In this document: in pieces, positions 1 through 12,301 of the stretch
Numbering within the stretch: position 1 is the stretch's first letter
How the letters are laid out: the number at the start of each line of letters is the position of its first letter
Assembly (NCBI GenBank): GCA_032718475.1
Contig: JAUCBJ010007452.1
Coordinates: 32,079 to 96,078, forward strand
Length of the DNA: 64,000 bases
Source: Nemertoderma westbladi
Taxonomy: Eukaryota > Animalia > Xenacoelomorpha
Direction: 5' to 3'
The notes under the pieces: generated by a model
Databases searched by the model: none
Seen by the model: the letters and a program-made list of their open reading frames with translations, nothing else
What the model was told of the DNA's origin: nothing
Translations under genes and position numbers: made by a program

Positions 1-2140
1 GGTGGCCTCTTCTTCACAATAACATAAAGGTAATAGTTACAGAAGGAATACATAAAGTACATGGTGGCCTCTTCTTCACAATAACATAAAGGTAATAGTT
101 ACAGAAGGAATACATAAAGTACATGGTGGCCTCTTCTTTACAATAACATAAAGGTAATAGTTACAGAAGGAATACATAAAGTACATGGTGGCCTCTTCTT
201 CACAATAACATAAAGGTAATAGTTACAGAAGGAATACATAAAGTACATGGTGGCCTCTTCTTCACAATAACATAAAAGTAATAGTTACAGAAGGAATACA
301 TAAAGTACATGGTGGCCTCTTCTTCACAATAATCTAAAAGTAATAGTTACTGAAGGAGTACATAAAGTACATGGTGGCCTCTTCTTCACAATAACATAAA
401 GGTAATAGTTACTGAAGGAGTACATAAAGTACATGGTGGCCTCTTCTTCACAATAACCTAAAAGTAATAGTTACAGAAGGAATACATAAAGTACATGGTG
501 GCCTCTTCTTCACAATAACATAAAGGTAATAGTTACAGAAGGAATACATAAAGTACATGGTGGCCTCTTCTTCACAATAACCTAAAAGTAATAGTTAGAA
601 GGAATACATAAAGTACATGGTGGCCTCTTCTTCACAATAACCTAAAGATAATAGTTACAGAAGGAATACATAAAGTACATGGTGGCCTCTTCTTCACAAT
701 AACATAAAGGTAATAGTTACTGAAGGAATACATAAAGTACATGGTGGCCTCTTCTTCACAATAACCTAAAGGTAATAGTTACAGAAGGAATACATAAAGT
801 ACATGGTGGCCTCTTCTTCACAATAACATAAAGGTAATAGTTACTGAAGGAATACATAAAGTACATGGTGGCCTCTTCTTCACAATAACCTAAAGGTAAT
901 AGTTACTGAAGGAATACATAAAGTACATGGTGGCCTCTTCTTCACAATAACCTAAAGGTAATAGTTACAGAAGGAATACATAAAGTACATGGTGGCCTCT
1001 TCTTCACAATAACATAAAGGTAATAGTTACTGAAGGAATACATAAAGTACATGGTGGCCTCTTCTTCACAATAACCTAAAGGTAATAGTTACAGAAGGAA
1101 TACATAAAGTACATGGTGGCCTCTTCTTCACAATAACATAAAGGTAATAGTTACTGAAGGAATACATAAAGTACATGGTGGCCTCTTCTTCACAATAACC
1201 TAAAGGTAATAGTTACTGAAGGAATACATAAAGTACATGGTGGCCTCTTCTTCACAATAGCCTAAAAGTAATAGTTACAGAAGGAATACATAAAGTACAT
1301 GGTGGCCTCTTCTTCACAATAACATAAAGGTAATAGTTACAAAAGGAATCCATAAAGTACATGGTGGCCTCTTCTTCACAATAACATAAAGGTAATAGTT
1401 ACTGAAGGAATACATAAAGTACATGGTGGCCTCTTCTTCACAATAACCTAAAAGTAATAGTTAGAAGGAATACATAAAGTACATGGTGGCCTCTTCTTCA
1501 CAATAACCTAAAGGTAATAGTTACAGAAGGAATACATAAAGTACATGGTGGCCTCTTCTTCACAATAACCTAAAGGTAATAGTTACAGAAGGAATACATA
1601 AAGTACATGGTGGCCTCTTCTTCACAATAACCTAAAGGTAATAGTTACAGAAGGAATACATAAAGTACATGGTGGCCTCTTCTTCACAATAACCTAAAGG
1701 TAATAGTTACTGAAGGAATACATAAAGTACATGGTGGCCTCTTCTTCACAATAACCTAAAGGTAATAGTTACTGAAGGAATACATAAAGTACATGGTGGC
1801 CTCTTCTTCACAATAACCTAAAGGTAATAGTTACAGAAGGAATACATAAAGTACATGGTGGCCTCTTCTTCACAATAACCTAAAGGTAATAGTTACTGAA
1901 GGAATACATAAAGTACATGGTGGCCTCTTCTTCACAATAACCTAAAGGTAATAGTTACAGAAGGAATACATAAAGTACATGGTGGCCTCTTCTTCACAAT
2001 AACCTAAAGGTAATAGTTACTGAAGGAATACATAAAGTACATTGTGGCCTCTTCATCACAATAACATAAAGGTAATAGTTACAGAAGGAATACATAAAGT
2101 ACATGGTGGCCTCTTTTTCACAATAACATAAAGGTGATAG
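1..2140. repeat. 61-bp tandem minisatellite (~35 copies, runs off the left edge), probably intronic
   Basis: Unit ggtggcctcttcttcacaataacataaaggtaatagttacagaaggaatacataaagtacat repeated head-to-tail with few variants and no unique spacers. Confidence 0.97.
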
Positions 2141-2150
2141 TTTTTCGAAC

Positions 2151-2366
2151 CTTCATTCTTCCAAGCTTTACAAGTCTCCACTTGATCTCTACATTCTCCT
2201 TTTATCAACGGGGCATTACTTCCCTCACAAGTTCTGCAAGTTGCTGGACACTTCTTCCGAGCTTGCATCCTCCGTACTAGACAGGCACCAGCAGCCGACC
2301 ATGTAGGGCAATAGGGACTTTTATCAACACAGCCTTGCGGCACTATATACTTGGTGGTAGTTGGCC
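2151..2366 (-). CDS. Exon 5 of secreted hemopexin-mucin-ShKT gene: one complete ShKT domain and the first half of a second
   Basis: Phase-1 acceptor ttttaag|GG at 2367/2366. CVDKSPYCPTWSAAGACLVRRMQARKKCPATCRTC has the ShKT 6-Cys pattern; CRDQVETCKAWKNEG follows. Probable donor AAG|gt at 2151/2150 (weak). Confidence 0.8.
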
Positions 2367-2607
2367 CTTAAAATACAAATACTTAATTTAATTACATCAT
2401 TGAATAAGATATTTGTTCAGTTTTTAGATGTTATATTGCGTCATTAGTCGCGTATAGCTGTTTTGTCGCACATCATGCCATATTCGGCATGATGAAACAT
2501 ACACTGCCCACTGTCCAGGTTCGGCGGCCATGTTATCCAGTCCATAGAATAAAACTAACCTAAACCATAAAAACTAAATAAAGTGCGATGATAAAAACTA
2601 ACATTAC

Positions 2608-3047
2608 CTTGGGTGGTTGTAGTGGGCACTGGGGTGGTTGTAGTGGGAACTGAGGTGGTTGTTGTGGGCACTGGGATGGTTGTAGTGGGCACTGAGGTGG
2701 TTGTTGTAGTTGGCACTGGCGTTGTTGTAGTTGGCACTGGGGTTGTTGTAGTTGGCACTGGGGTTGTTGTAGTGGGCACTGGGGTGGTTGTAGTGGGCAT
2801 TGGGGTGGTTGTAGTGGGCACTGGGGTGGTTGTTTTTGGTTGTGGAGGACACACTCCCCATCTGGAATCAGCTTTCCGATTTTCGAACGTGTTTCCCATT
2901 CCATCGAACTTAAGAAACTTGTTACCATAGAATATGACGTAGCGATAGACATTGGGTTTAACCTTTTCCGCCGTAACTGCACTAATGACTCCGACATCAG
3001 CAGGGAGAAATCCAAACACGCTTCTGATTCGTCGGCTTGACAGCAAT
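2608..3047 (-). CDS. Exon 4: last hemopexin blade (ends WGVC) plus PVPTTTT mucin-like stalk
   Basis: Acceptor ctcccag|A at 3048/3047 and donor CAAG|gtaat at 2608/2607, phases consistent with neighbouring exons; 21-nt coding repeats encode (PVPTTTT)n. Confidence 0.85.
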
Positions 3048-3399
3048 CTGGGAGTGAGAAACAAACATATTTTCATTTACACAATATAACAGGCCTTCAA
3101 ACAGTAAGCCACCAGAGAACGGCTACAATAATATCAGGGCCGAAGAGTCAAAAGGAAACGACAAGCATAATTTCATCCGTTCGCTGATAGTTCACACTTC
3201 TGACTCGCCCACAATTAATCAAGAATATGTTTGTTAATTGAACATTACCACTGACTAATATGACGCTCACTTGGTAACTCTGGGAGCTGTGTGCTGCATC
3301 GCTTGTGTCAACACAATAACTGAGGAATGCCGTGTATCCTACTTGTAACAATAAAAAAAAAATAAAAATAAAAAATAAAATAAAATATTGGACACTCCA

Positions 3400-4491
3400 C
3401 TAACCTGGTTTCTTGAATAGCGTAGTTGAACCCCACTAACCCCACCTTTGCACCCACCAGTCCCCCGTGTAGCTGTACCCCACTAATCTGGCCTTTCCAC
3501 CCACCAGTCCCCCGTGTAGCTGTACCCCACTAATCTGGCCTTTCCACCCACCAGTCCCCCGTGTAGCTGTACCCCACTAACCTGGCCTTTCCACCCACCA
3601 CTCCCCCGTCGTGTAGCTGTACCCCACTAACCTGGCCTTTCCTCCCACCAGTCCCCCGTCGTGTAGCTGTACCCCACTAACCTGGCATTTCCACCCACCA
3701 GTCCCCCGTGTAGCTGTACACCACTAACCTTGCCGTTCCACCCACCAGTCCCCCGTGTAGCTGTACACCACTAACCTGGCCTTTCCTCCCACCAGTCCCC
3801 CGTCGTGTAGCTGTACCCCACTAACCTGGCCTTTCCTCCCACCAGTCCCCCGTCGTGTAGCTGTACCCCACTAACCTGGCATTTCCACCCACCAGTCCCC
3901 CGTGTAGCTGTACACCACTAACCTTGCCGTTCCACCCACCAGTCCCCCGTGTAGCTGTACACCACTAACCTGGCCTTTCCTCCCACCAGTCCCCCGTCGT
4001 GTAGCTGTACACCACTAACCTGACCTTTCCTCCCACCAGTCCCCCGTCGTGTAGCTGTACCCCACTAACCTTGCCTTTCCACCCACCAGTCCCCGCTATA
4101 GCTGTACCCCACTAACCTTGCCTTTCCACCCACCAGTCCCCGCTATAGCTGTACCCCACTAACCTGGCCTTTCCACCCACCAGTCCCCCGGATAGCTGTA
4201 CCCCACTAACCTGGCCTTTCCACCCACCAGTCCCCCTTGTAGCTGTACCCCACTAACCTGGCCGTTCCACCCACCAGTCCCCCGTGTAGCTGTACACCAC
4301 TACCCTGGCCTTTCCTCCCACCAGTCCCCCGTCGTGTAGCTGTACCCCACTAACCTTGCCTTTCCACCCACCAGTCCCCGCTATAGCTGTACCCCACTAA
4401 CCTGGCCTTTCCACCCACTAGTCCCTTCCACTAACGGACACTCGCCACTAACCTGTATTTTTTGTATAGCCTATCTGTATACACCACTAAC
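3400..4491. repeat. 47/50-bp intronic minisatellite containing copies of the adjacent splice donor
   Basis: Unit gtagctgtaccccactaacctggcctttccacccaccagtcccccgt, ~20 copies; ccactaacctgg is the reverse complement of CCAG|GTTAGTGG. Confidence 0.93.
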
Positions 4492-4644
4492 CTGGCTCTT
4501 CTTCCCGGAATAGGAAGTTGTATTAGTTTCAACATTTCGGATTCGGTTAACAACATTAGAAGGCTCTCAGTGCCATGTGATGTGTAGGCAATGCCTGTAA
4601 CTGGTTCCTCATCGATATGTGGCCCAAGATAATCGTTGCTAAAG
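4492..4644 (-). CDS. Exon 3 of hemopexin-domain gene
   Basis: Acceptor taacag|C and donor CAG|gttagt; 153 nt open in phase 2: FSNDYLGPHIDEEPVTGIAYTSHGTESLLMLLTESEMLKLIQLPIPGRRA. Confidence 0.75.
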
Positions 4645-5193
4645 CTGTTAGAACAATATACGTGTGTTAAGTAGGTCTTTTTCTTACTTTTTTTTTTATA
4701 TAAATGTTATAGAAACGAAACGAATAAAAAAAACGAATTAACGAATTTGCCGTTCAAATTCGTTTTTTCGTTTTTTTTTACAATTCTCTGAATAAAAAAA
4801 CGAATTTGAATTGCAAATTCGTTTTTTTTATTCTTCTTGGAATTATAAAAAAAAACTAAAAAACAAATTTGAGGGGACAATTCGTTTATTCGTTTTTTTT
4901 TTTAATTCTGAGAAATAAAAAAAAAAAACGATTTGGCCCTTCAGTACCACCATATATGTTAGTTATCAATTTTGATATTTATATATTTATTATTATATAT
5001 ATATTATTCATTATAAATATATTATTATATATTTGATATTATGATATTTTTGTTCTAGAACATATTTTATTTTCTAGAATATTTTTTTGAAAATAATAAA
5101 AAAGTACTACTGTAACAACACGTTTCGTAACTGATACTCTTATCATGTAATTGAAGTTATTCCTCGATTATTATTGTAATTCCATAAACCAAC

Positions 5194-5353
5194 CTCTCTA
5201 CCGATATAAATTGGTTGTTGTTATCGAATCTGTATAAGTTATCCCCCTTAATTAAGGCCGTATATTGTTCCCGCTCGTTGTAGAATGCTGCATCAATGTC
5301 CACCAGTGCAGGTCCGTCATACAAATAATCATCAGAAATCCGTTTAGGGTATC
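5194..5353 (-). CDS. Exon 2: canonical hemopexin repeat
   Basis: GYPKRISDDYLYDGPALVDIDAAFYNEREQYTALIKGDNLYRFD carries the GYPK..I and DAA..(F/I)KG..YRF hallmarks; acceptor ttctaag|, donor AG|gttggt. Confidence 0.88.
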
Positions 5354-5546
5354 CTTAGAAAGAAAGAAATTATTTGTGTGCATATCGATATATTTCTGTA
5401 AGCCATATTAGCGGTAAGGGGTAGCAGCACCATCGGCACTATTCTATTGGATATGTGGTGTGGCCTATTTAAAACTACCGGTAGCAGTAAAACTGCAGTT
5501 CGTACAAAACTACAAAACAGGAATATGCAGATAGTGAGGGGTGTAA

Positions 5547-5722
5547 ACGTTGTGCCGACAGTGTCGGCATAACGTTGTGTCGACAGTGTGCAGATAATGG
5601 GCTGACAATGTGCCGACAGTGTCGGCGTTACGTTGTGCCGACAGTGTCGGCGTTACGTTGTGCCGACAGTGTCGGCGTTACGTTGTGCCGACAGTGTCGG
5701 CGTTGCATTGTGCCGACAATGT
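5547..5722. repeat. 25-bp tandem repeat with internal palindrome
   Basis: cgttacgttgtgccgacagtgtcgg repeated; gccgaca-g-tgtcggc is an inverted repeat. Confidence 0.85.
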
Positions 5723-6774
5723 GAACATTTTCAAAATTTTAAATTCTCATTTCATTTTCAACATTTCCAAAATAAAATTGGAAAATTTCAACATGAAAAA
5801 TAAATCTCGGTTTTTAAAACATTAGGCCAACTGTTTCCAAAGATACAGATGAAAAAAATTATAAATGACCCCCCTCCCCATTTTCATTAGAATTTTCATT
5901 ATTGCTGCAGAGCTGATAAGGTGCAACCGGTCAGCAACACTGACCTGACTGAACAGTGCAATCCCACAACTCATTAAGCATTACAGGTAACATTACAGGT
6001 AACCCTCACACTCCCGCTCTTCAACGGAAATAAGTCGAATTATGAAAATGCAATTAATGAAAGTAGACCTATTTTTTATTTTTGTAAATTCAGTGTCAAT
6101 TGAGTTCATAGCACTGCCCCCTGATAAGAAACTCCCTCTGACCAATGACGCAATGAGAGCGCGGGATAAAAAAACAATTGTTTTGAAGATTACCGATTGC
6201 CCTATCTTTGTGTATCGCTTATAAATTTGAAATTATTTTATAAGTCAGATTGGTCATATCGATAGAAAATTCCGTGCATAAAAGTTGCTAATTGCAATAA
6301 ATATAGTTTTTGTATCGGCAAACTTGTTAAACGTTGATAAAGTGGAAAATATGATGCCATGCGATCAGAAAAAGTAATATAGCACATAATTTCATTGATT
6401 TTGGTTCTAAATTGCTTAATGAATGAACTTCCGACACAATGTTATATTGAGTTTAGTTTGTTGTTTTGGTTATAAAAACGCGCCAATCTAACCTGCTCCT
6501 TTCCCTAAATGGATAATTTATCATTGATACTTGATATTAATTCACCGACACCGAGATGGGATTTGCATCCACCTCCCCCCCCCCCCCCCCCCCCCACCCC
6601 CCCCCTGTCTCGGAGTATGACAGCGTTCAGTTATTGCAGTTGCGGACTGGTGTAACGGTGCAGGAATGTCAGTCTTTTTCAATGAAAATTCCACCGTTTT
6701 TAGGAAAATTATTTTCTTAAAATTATTTAAAAACTGGCCTTATGTTTTTCACTAGTATATATATATTGGGTTAC

Positions 6775-6973
6775 CTTGGGAAACATCACCATTATCGCTT
6801 CGCATCTTCCACACCTGATCTCCGACAAACATCATCGTATAATCAACCGATCCGCTGTAAACATTGGTAGGGGCTTGGGATACTGCGTCTGGGGGGAAGG
6901 ACGGTTCGTGACAGACCCAACCCAAAGTCGCAGCTGCGTGGAGAACTATCACAAACAAAATAACTCGCGACAT
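6775..6973 (-). CDS. Exon 1: signal peptide and first hemopexin blade of a secreted hemopexin-mucin-ShKT protein
   Basis: MSRVILFVIVLHAAATLG hydrophobic leader, then WVC...PDAV...MFVGDQVWKM; donor CAAG|gtaac at 6775/6774, phase 1, joins exon 2 as G|GA. Confidence 0.85.
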
Positions 6974-7084
6974 GATATTTAATTGAAAAAGGCTCTTTTT
7001 CTCACTAATATTTTTAAAATTGAGTTAATTAATCTAACTTTTTTTCACTAATTTCCAGAAAAGTAGTTAAAAAAGTCTTTTTTT

Positions 7085-7370
7085 AAATAATTTTTTACTT
7101 TTTTAAACTAATTTTTTACTTTTTTAAACTAATTTTTTACTTTTTTAAACTAATTTTTAGAAAATTACTTTAAAAAAGTATTTTTTAACTAATTTTTTAC
7201 TTTTTTAAACTAATTTTTTACTTTTTTAAACTAATTTTTTACTTTTTTAAACTAATTTTTTACTTTTTTAAACTAATTTTTTACTTTTTTAAACAAATTT
7301 TTTACTTTTTTAAACTAATTTTTTACTAATTTTTAGAAAATTAGTTAAAAAAATTATTTTTTAACTATTT
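7085..7370. repeat. AT-rich ~21-bp tandem repeat
   Basis: ttttttactttttt(t)aaactaa repeated ~10 times. Confidence 0.8.
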
Positions 7371-9004
7371 TTTTTATTTAATGAACTATTTACAACACAA
7401 TATAATCAAATTGATACATACTTTCATATAATTGAGTAAGTTTCTGGTACATAATGATTATATAATGTAGTCCGAGGTTTGTCTTACTGTACAGCTGGCT
7501 AGCTCACACAATCTTCTAAATTAAATTAATTAAATTAATCGTCACAATTAAAATATAGAATTATTATACATATTATACGTCGTAAACATTGATAACGCTG
7601 GTGATATTTTTTTTCAAATAAAACAAAATTTTCGATATAAAAACGTAACGGAAAACACTATTTTCCACTCATTTTCTTTAGCGATATTTAGCGAATTCTT
7701 CCCTCGTGTGTTGAGTTTTCCACTCGTTGGCATTTTAACAGTCGCTTCGCTCGTGCTAAAAACCTGCCAACTCTTGTAAAATTCAACCACTCGGACAGAA
7801 TAGTTGAATTTCGCTAAATTGAAAATTAGTGAAAAAAAGCGGTGTTTGCCGCTTATTTTTTTTTATCGACTAATAGTCCTTACATTTATGTTTTAAAAAC
7901 ATATCACATAATTACATTATTTCAGAATTAATTTTTATAATAAAAGCTCCACGATATGCTTACGATGAGTATAGGCCTACAAAAGTAGTGTAAACAAGGA
8001 AACTGACAATATAATTTTATGTATTTATGTTAAGGGGGGTTACTGGCTTTAAATTTCTTTTTCAAATTTTTTTTATTACATATACAGTAGAGCAGATTTT
8101 TATCAAGATTTTAAATTTGAAATAACTTTTTAGCAAGACCCCCCTTACATCTGGAGATATGGCACTCTGTCCGTTTGACTGTCGGTCTGTCCGTCAGTAT
8201 GTCTCAAAAACAATATCTAAACATATTTTCCTTGGTGACTTCATTTCTGATGTCAGTATTACATTTTTTAATCATCGTTTCTGTCTGTATGCCTGTCAGT
8301 CTGTCTGTAACAATATAACCAACAGCCTGTCAGCCAATTTGGAAGTCATCAAATGTTAAAATTAACACTTCAGACAGGACAGTCTTCCCTCAGACAGGCT
8401 TACATATTAACAGACAGGTTTTGCGCGGGAAGGTTCAAACATTTAACTAGGCAATTACCGGTACTTCGAATGGCATTTTTTCATTAATCACTAAGTCTCC
8501 GCCATTTTTCAACCAATTTGTAGGTTCTTAGCTTCAAATGAAAGCTTGTAGTGTGCGCAATAATAAAATCCCAGCGGTTTTTATAGTTTTGCAATTGTGC
8601 ATCGGTTATAACATTTTTTAAGAAAACCTTTTTCAAAATCGGAAAAATAGCGGTATTTTCCTTGAAAAGTACGAAACAAAACTTCTGCAGAGAGAATATT
8701 GAAAAAAAAAAATGTTTTACGTTTTTTTTCCCATGTAACATGTAATTATATTCTTAAATTGGTACATTTTTGTTGCTTAATTCTTTAATAAAATGTACAT
8801 ACAGCGATATAGTGGTACAAAATAAATTGAACTATTATTTTACTATATTGCTTCCATAGTTACTGCCATTTAAATTACTGTACTCTTCAACTCCTGATGC
8901 TGCCTGCCAATGTTAAATAATTTAGTGTTCTCTGAATATTTATTACGTAACTAGATACCCGTTTTTAACAACATAAACCAATATTGGATATTGAGTTCCG
9001 TTTA

Positions 9005-9227
9005 AAAGTAAAAAGTAAAGTAAATTTTCTTCGGCCACTAGGCCAGGGATTACGCACAAAGTCTGACGACTTATTTCCAGTGCGGACCCCCAGAACTTTA
9101 CTACCCAGAGGAAACTCCAGTACTCATTTAGCTACCACTTAAGAATGCATGGCAGAGATGCGCCCTGGCTGGTCCCTTTAAAGCATTCGTGCCGAAACAA
9201 AAACTGCCCTGGCCCATGTGAGGATTC
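9005..9227 (-). mobile_element. tRNA-derived SINE, body and 3' tail (head displaced to 54107-54165)
   Basis: (TTTAC)n-like tail at 9005-9025 and aaatgagtac core motif; ends in gaggattc, which joins gaacccacgacct at 54109 to rebuild a B-box (GGTTCGAATCC on minus). Confidence 0.75.
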
Positions 9228-9592
9228 TACTAACCTTCCCACTGAGTGGTTGTCGCTACCATTCATTTTAAACAACAATGTCAATGGGCTTCAAGGTAAA
9301 CACGTTATTTTGTGTGAATTAGTTGTACTATACAATGTGACTGTGGTTACAATACAAGAATCCAAACTGCAGAATGATGTATCAGATGGTAGTATTGAAC
9401 TGGATAATTTCTATCTCATTCGGCATGATAGAGACCTATCAAAATTTGAGGAGAATGGTGGTGGTGGTCTGGTTACATATGTGAGCAAACTATGGTGTAA
9501 TACCAGACCCACCATGGTTACCTCCATTTCATCACCTCATATAGAAGCTTTAGGTGTAGTATGTCGTCCAAGATATCTTCCATCACAGTATA
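9228..9592 (+). pseudogene. LINE (Rex-Babar/L2-CR1 group) fragment 1: N-terminal APE endonuclease
   Basis: NVNGL...IQESKL...RHDRD...GGGGLVTYV..WC...CRPRYLPSQY APE motifs; frame continues as SCIIIINIYIRP after element A is removed. Confidence 0.9.
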
Positions 9593-10775
9593 TGTACGCG
9601 CTTTTGAAGACCTTTAGCAGTTTAACCTGCCAAAATTTATATGTCTTTTGGTTTATAAATAGACTTTAGAAATTGACAAATATTTAATACCAATAAACAC
9701 AACATTAGCCGAAGCCAGCCTAGTGCGCGTCCATTCACCCGCTGGATATACCCGGGAGACTGGATTCTGAGGGCTTAGATTATTATTGCAGTGTAAGCTT
9801 ACTGTATTATTCGATTGATCGTTAATAAATAATTTCTGACTAATATTATTCCCTTTCGGGAAATATTAACAGTTCCTTTAGGACGTGGCGCTCTATCTAG
9901 GTAAACAGAGATATGACTTGTACTAAACACAACGGTAAGTCGGTGAGGCTTATGATTCACGTATGAGGCGCATTCTTTAGGAAATGCTTAGTTATCAGTC
10001 ACAATCATGCACACTACCGGTAACACACAAGACTGCTCACTAATTTGCCGACCGTCAATGAATTTTATCATATATAAAGAGAACAGCAACTGACTCATGT
10101 AGTGCTTATCAAATAGCATTAAATTCACTACAAACCACAATAATATAAGTCGCAATCGCTATATGTAACCCGTCTCTCTAACCTGTAGTGTATCAAGAAA
10201 ATTGGGAAATTTGGGTTCTTTATAGATGTTCTCCAGATAATAATATTCAACCATAACATAACAGTAAATAGCAGTATAATAATGTATGTTGCAGTGATAT
10301 AAGACTACTGCTGATTGCACTGATTGTACTGGACCGATAACAGTTATACGCTCTATAATCTAAGCCTACTAATGTTTCTTCTAAAGTCTGAAACGAATTG
10401 ACTCTAGAGCCGGTGTTCCTGGCCTAGATAGAAACAACACAACAGTATCAAGAAAAAACAGTAAGACTGAACACTCCTACCACGATCGGCCAAATATCTC
10501 CACATCGACAGAAAAAATCGCTCTGATTGGCTGTTAAGCTAAACAAAGAACCATGTGTCCAATGGCCGTTTCCATGTCAGCAACCAGCTGTTAGATGTCG
10601 TAATCTGAATCATCAAGGCTAAGCTGTGCCAGGGTATTTGACGCATTGCGGGTTTTTTGCCTTACCATGTCCGCCAAAGCACACATATAGAAGAATGACT
10701 TTTATGTCCGTTAAAACACCTATAACGGTACCTTGCGGGCGAGGGGGACTGATTATATCCGCAAAAGCTTTTACA
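9593..10775 (-). repeat. 3' LTR of element A (1183 bp)
   Basis: tgtacgcg...ttttaca; ~99% identical to 20323-21496 by eye (a few substitutions, one 9-nt indel); PPT-like GGGAGCGG abuts at 10776-10783. Confidence 0.95.
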
Positions 10776-11152
10776 CCGCTCCCAGAAAATGGGATTCAAG
10801 TTTATAAATATACAAAAATCACAGTTTCTAATATATGTAAATACTCTAAACAGTTAGCCTTTCTTGCGCGGACGGCGTTTACGCAGTTTTTTAAAGCTGG
10901 CCAGAGTCCTTTTCTCTTTGGGGCGAGCCACCTTACAAGGAGGGCTATAACTCCTGGGTGAAGGGTGCAATATAATTGCATCAGAGGGTGTAGGATTATG
11001 GTCGGTGTATCCGCCAGTCGAAGTGCCGGGTTGATTGACATCAACGTCGGGGGAGCGGGGTCTAACGGCTTTGAGAGCGCGTTTTAAGACAGCCGCTCTT
11101 ACGGGTCCTTTACGAGTGGTCTGAACGAGAGCCGTGGGTGGACCATAGGCAG

Positions 11153-12301
11153 TTAGAAACCTCCGGGTTTAATGGTTCTTTCCAACTCGCGTTCGCGGGC
11201 TCGGTATTCGTAAGGCCGTCGATATACTTCCTGTAACTCGGGGTGTGAGTTAACAAATAAGTCTCCATAGTCCGGATCCTGACGGATATAATTGATTAAG
11301 TTATAGGAATGAAGGTCGCTAGGATTAACACTCCTGAGAAATTTGCGTACGAACTTGGTTGAAATACATTCTCCGACGCGCTTCAGTAGTTCGTAACTCG
11401 ATATGCGTGATTTCTGTTCGACAGAAGCGAATAGATAAGGATGGAACGCATAAACTCCTTCGTAAGCGCGTCCAGGATAATAGCGATGGCGCGAATCACA
11501 ATGTAAATCAGCGTTCGCTTCCCAAGCTCTGATGTAACGTAGTGTGATCATTTCATCTACGCTTTCCAAATCGTGACTAAAAGGGCAATCGAAACTGGCG
11601 TGTCCCTTTAGTTGACAATGGTGACATTGAGTCATAAATTGAGGGCAAACCGCAAAAATGTGCAAGTTATTGAGTCTGCAATACGCACAATAAATTTCCA
11701 TCACCGGTTGTTCGTGGAAATAGGAACAGCGGACGTTTGTGTCCATGGGCGTAACATGGTCTCTCGATGCGCATAACCGACAACGTTGCCGAGAAACATA
11801 GTTGGCATGGCGATAATTGTACGCAGTGAGACACTGTGGACCTTGATACCATTCTAGGATGTAATCGTTGTCGCTGTTCCGGGCGCGATAGGCTGAATCT
11901 CCTCAGATTCTAGGCATATTGGTTCGTCTTCCCAGTCTGTTACGAATAGAATTTTCGTGATCTATTCTCGGTTTATCGTTACGACTCCGCTGGGTATGAT
12001 ATTTAAATAGAACCATTTCCCTTTCGGTGTCTACATCGTCCGTATCATGTAAATCGATAGGATGGCCGGTAGTTAAGAAGTCCATATACGTACCATTACG
12101 ATGCGTATAGCGAGCGGTGAATTTTCGATAGTCCAATTCACGCGTAAGTTGCTCTTGGGACATCGGCGGTTCGATATAACGACCATCGTCCTCCGTAATG
12201 GTTGGATCGGTTTCACCGCGTATCAAGCTATCCACAAATGCTTGTAAAGGTAGAGTATATCGCTCCCTGATACCAAGATCATCTTCTATCAACTCCGTCA
12301 T
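11153..12301 (-). CDS. Element A accessory ORF (~382 aa, one internal TGA): triple CCHC zinc-knuckle protein
   Basis: ORFs 11903-12301 and 11153-11746 share a frame and are joined by an open 52-codon linker; knuckles CRLCASRDH-x9-C, CAYCRLNNLH-x4-C, CHHCQLKGH-x4-C. Confidence 0.7.

Noticed and set aside
1-2140. CRISPR-like regular array
   Set aside because: No unique spacers; pure tandem repeat in a spliceosomal-intron context
2560-2930. Alternative-frame ORFs (PQCPLQ, NHPSAHY and VVVVGT repeats)
   Set aside because: Shadow frames of the Thr-rich exon; splice phases support only the PVPTTTT frame
5112-5150. Second hammerhead (minus-strand ...TGATAAG...CGAAACGT)
   Set aside because: CUGANGA core is broken and stems are not convincing
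9145-9227. Start of the 174-aa ORF as the LINE start codon
   Set aside because: Lies in the antisense SINE body upstream of the LINE junction; the ORF's last residues are LTR-derived
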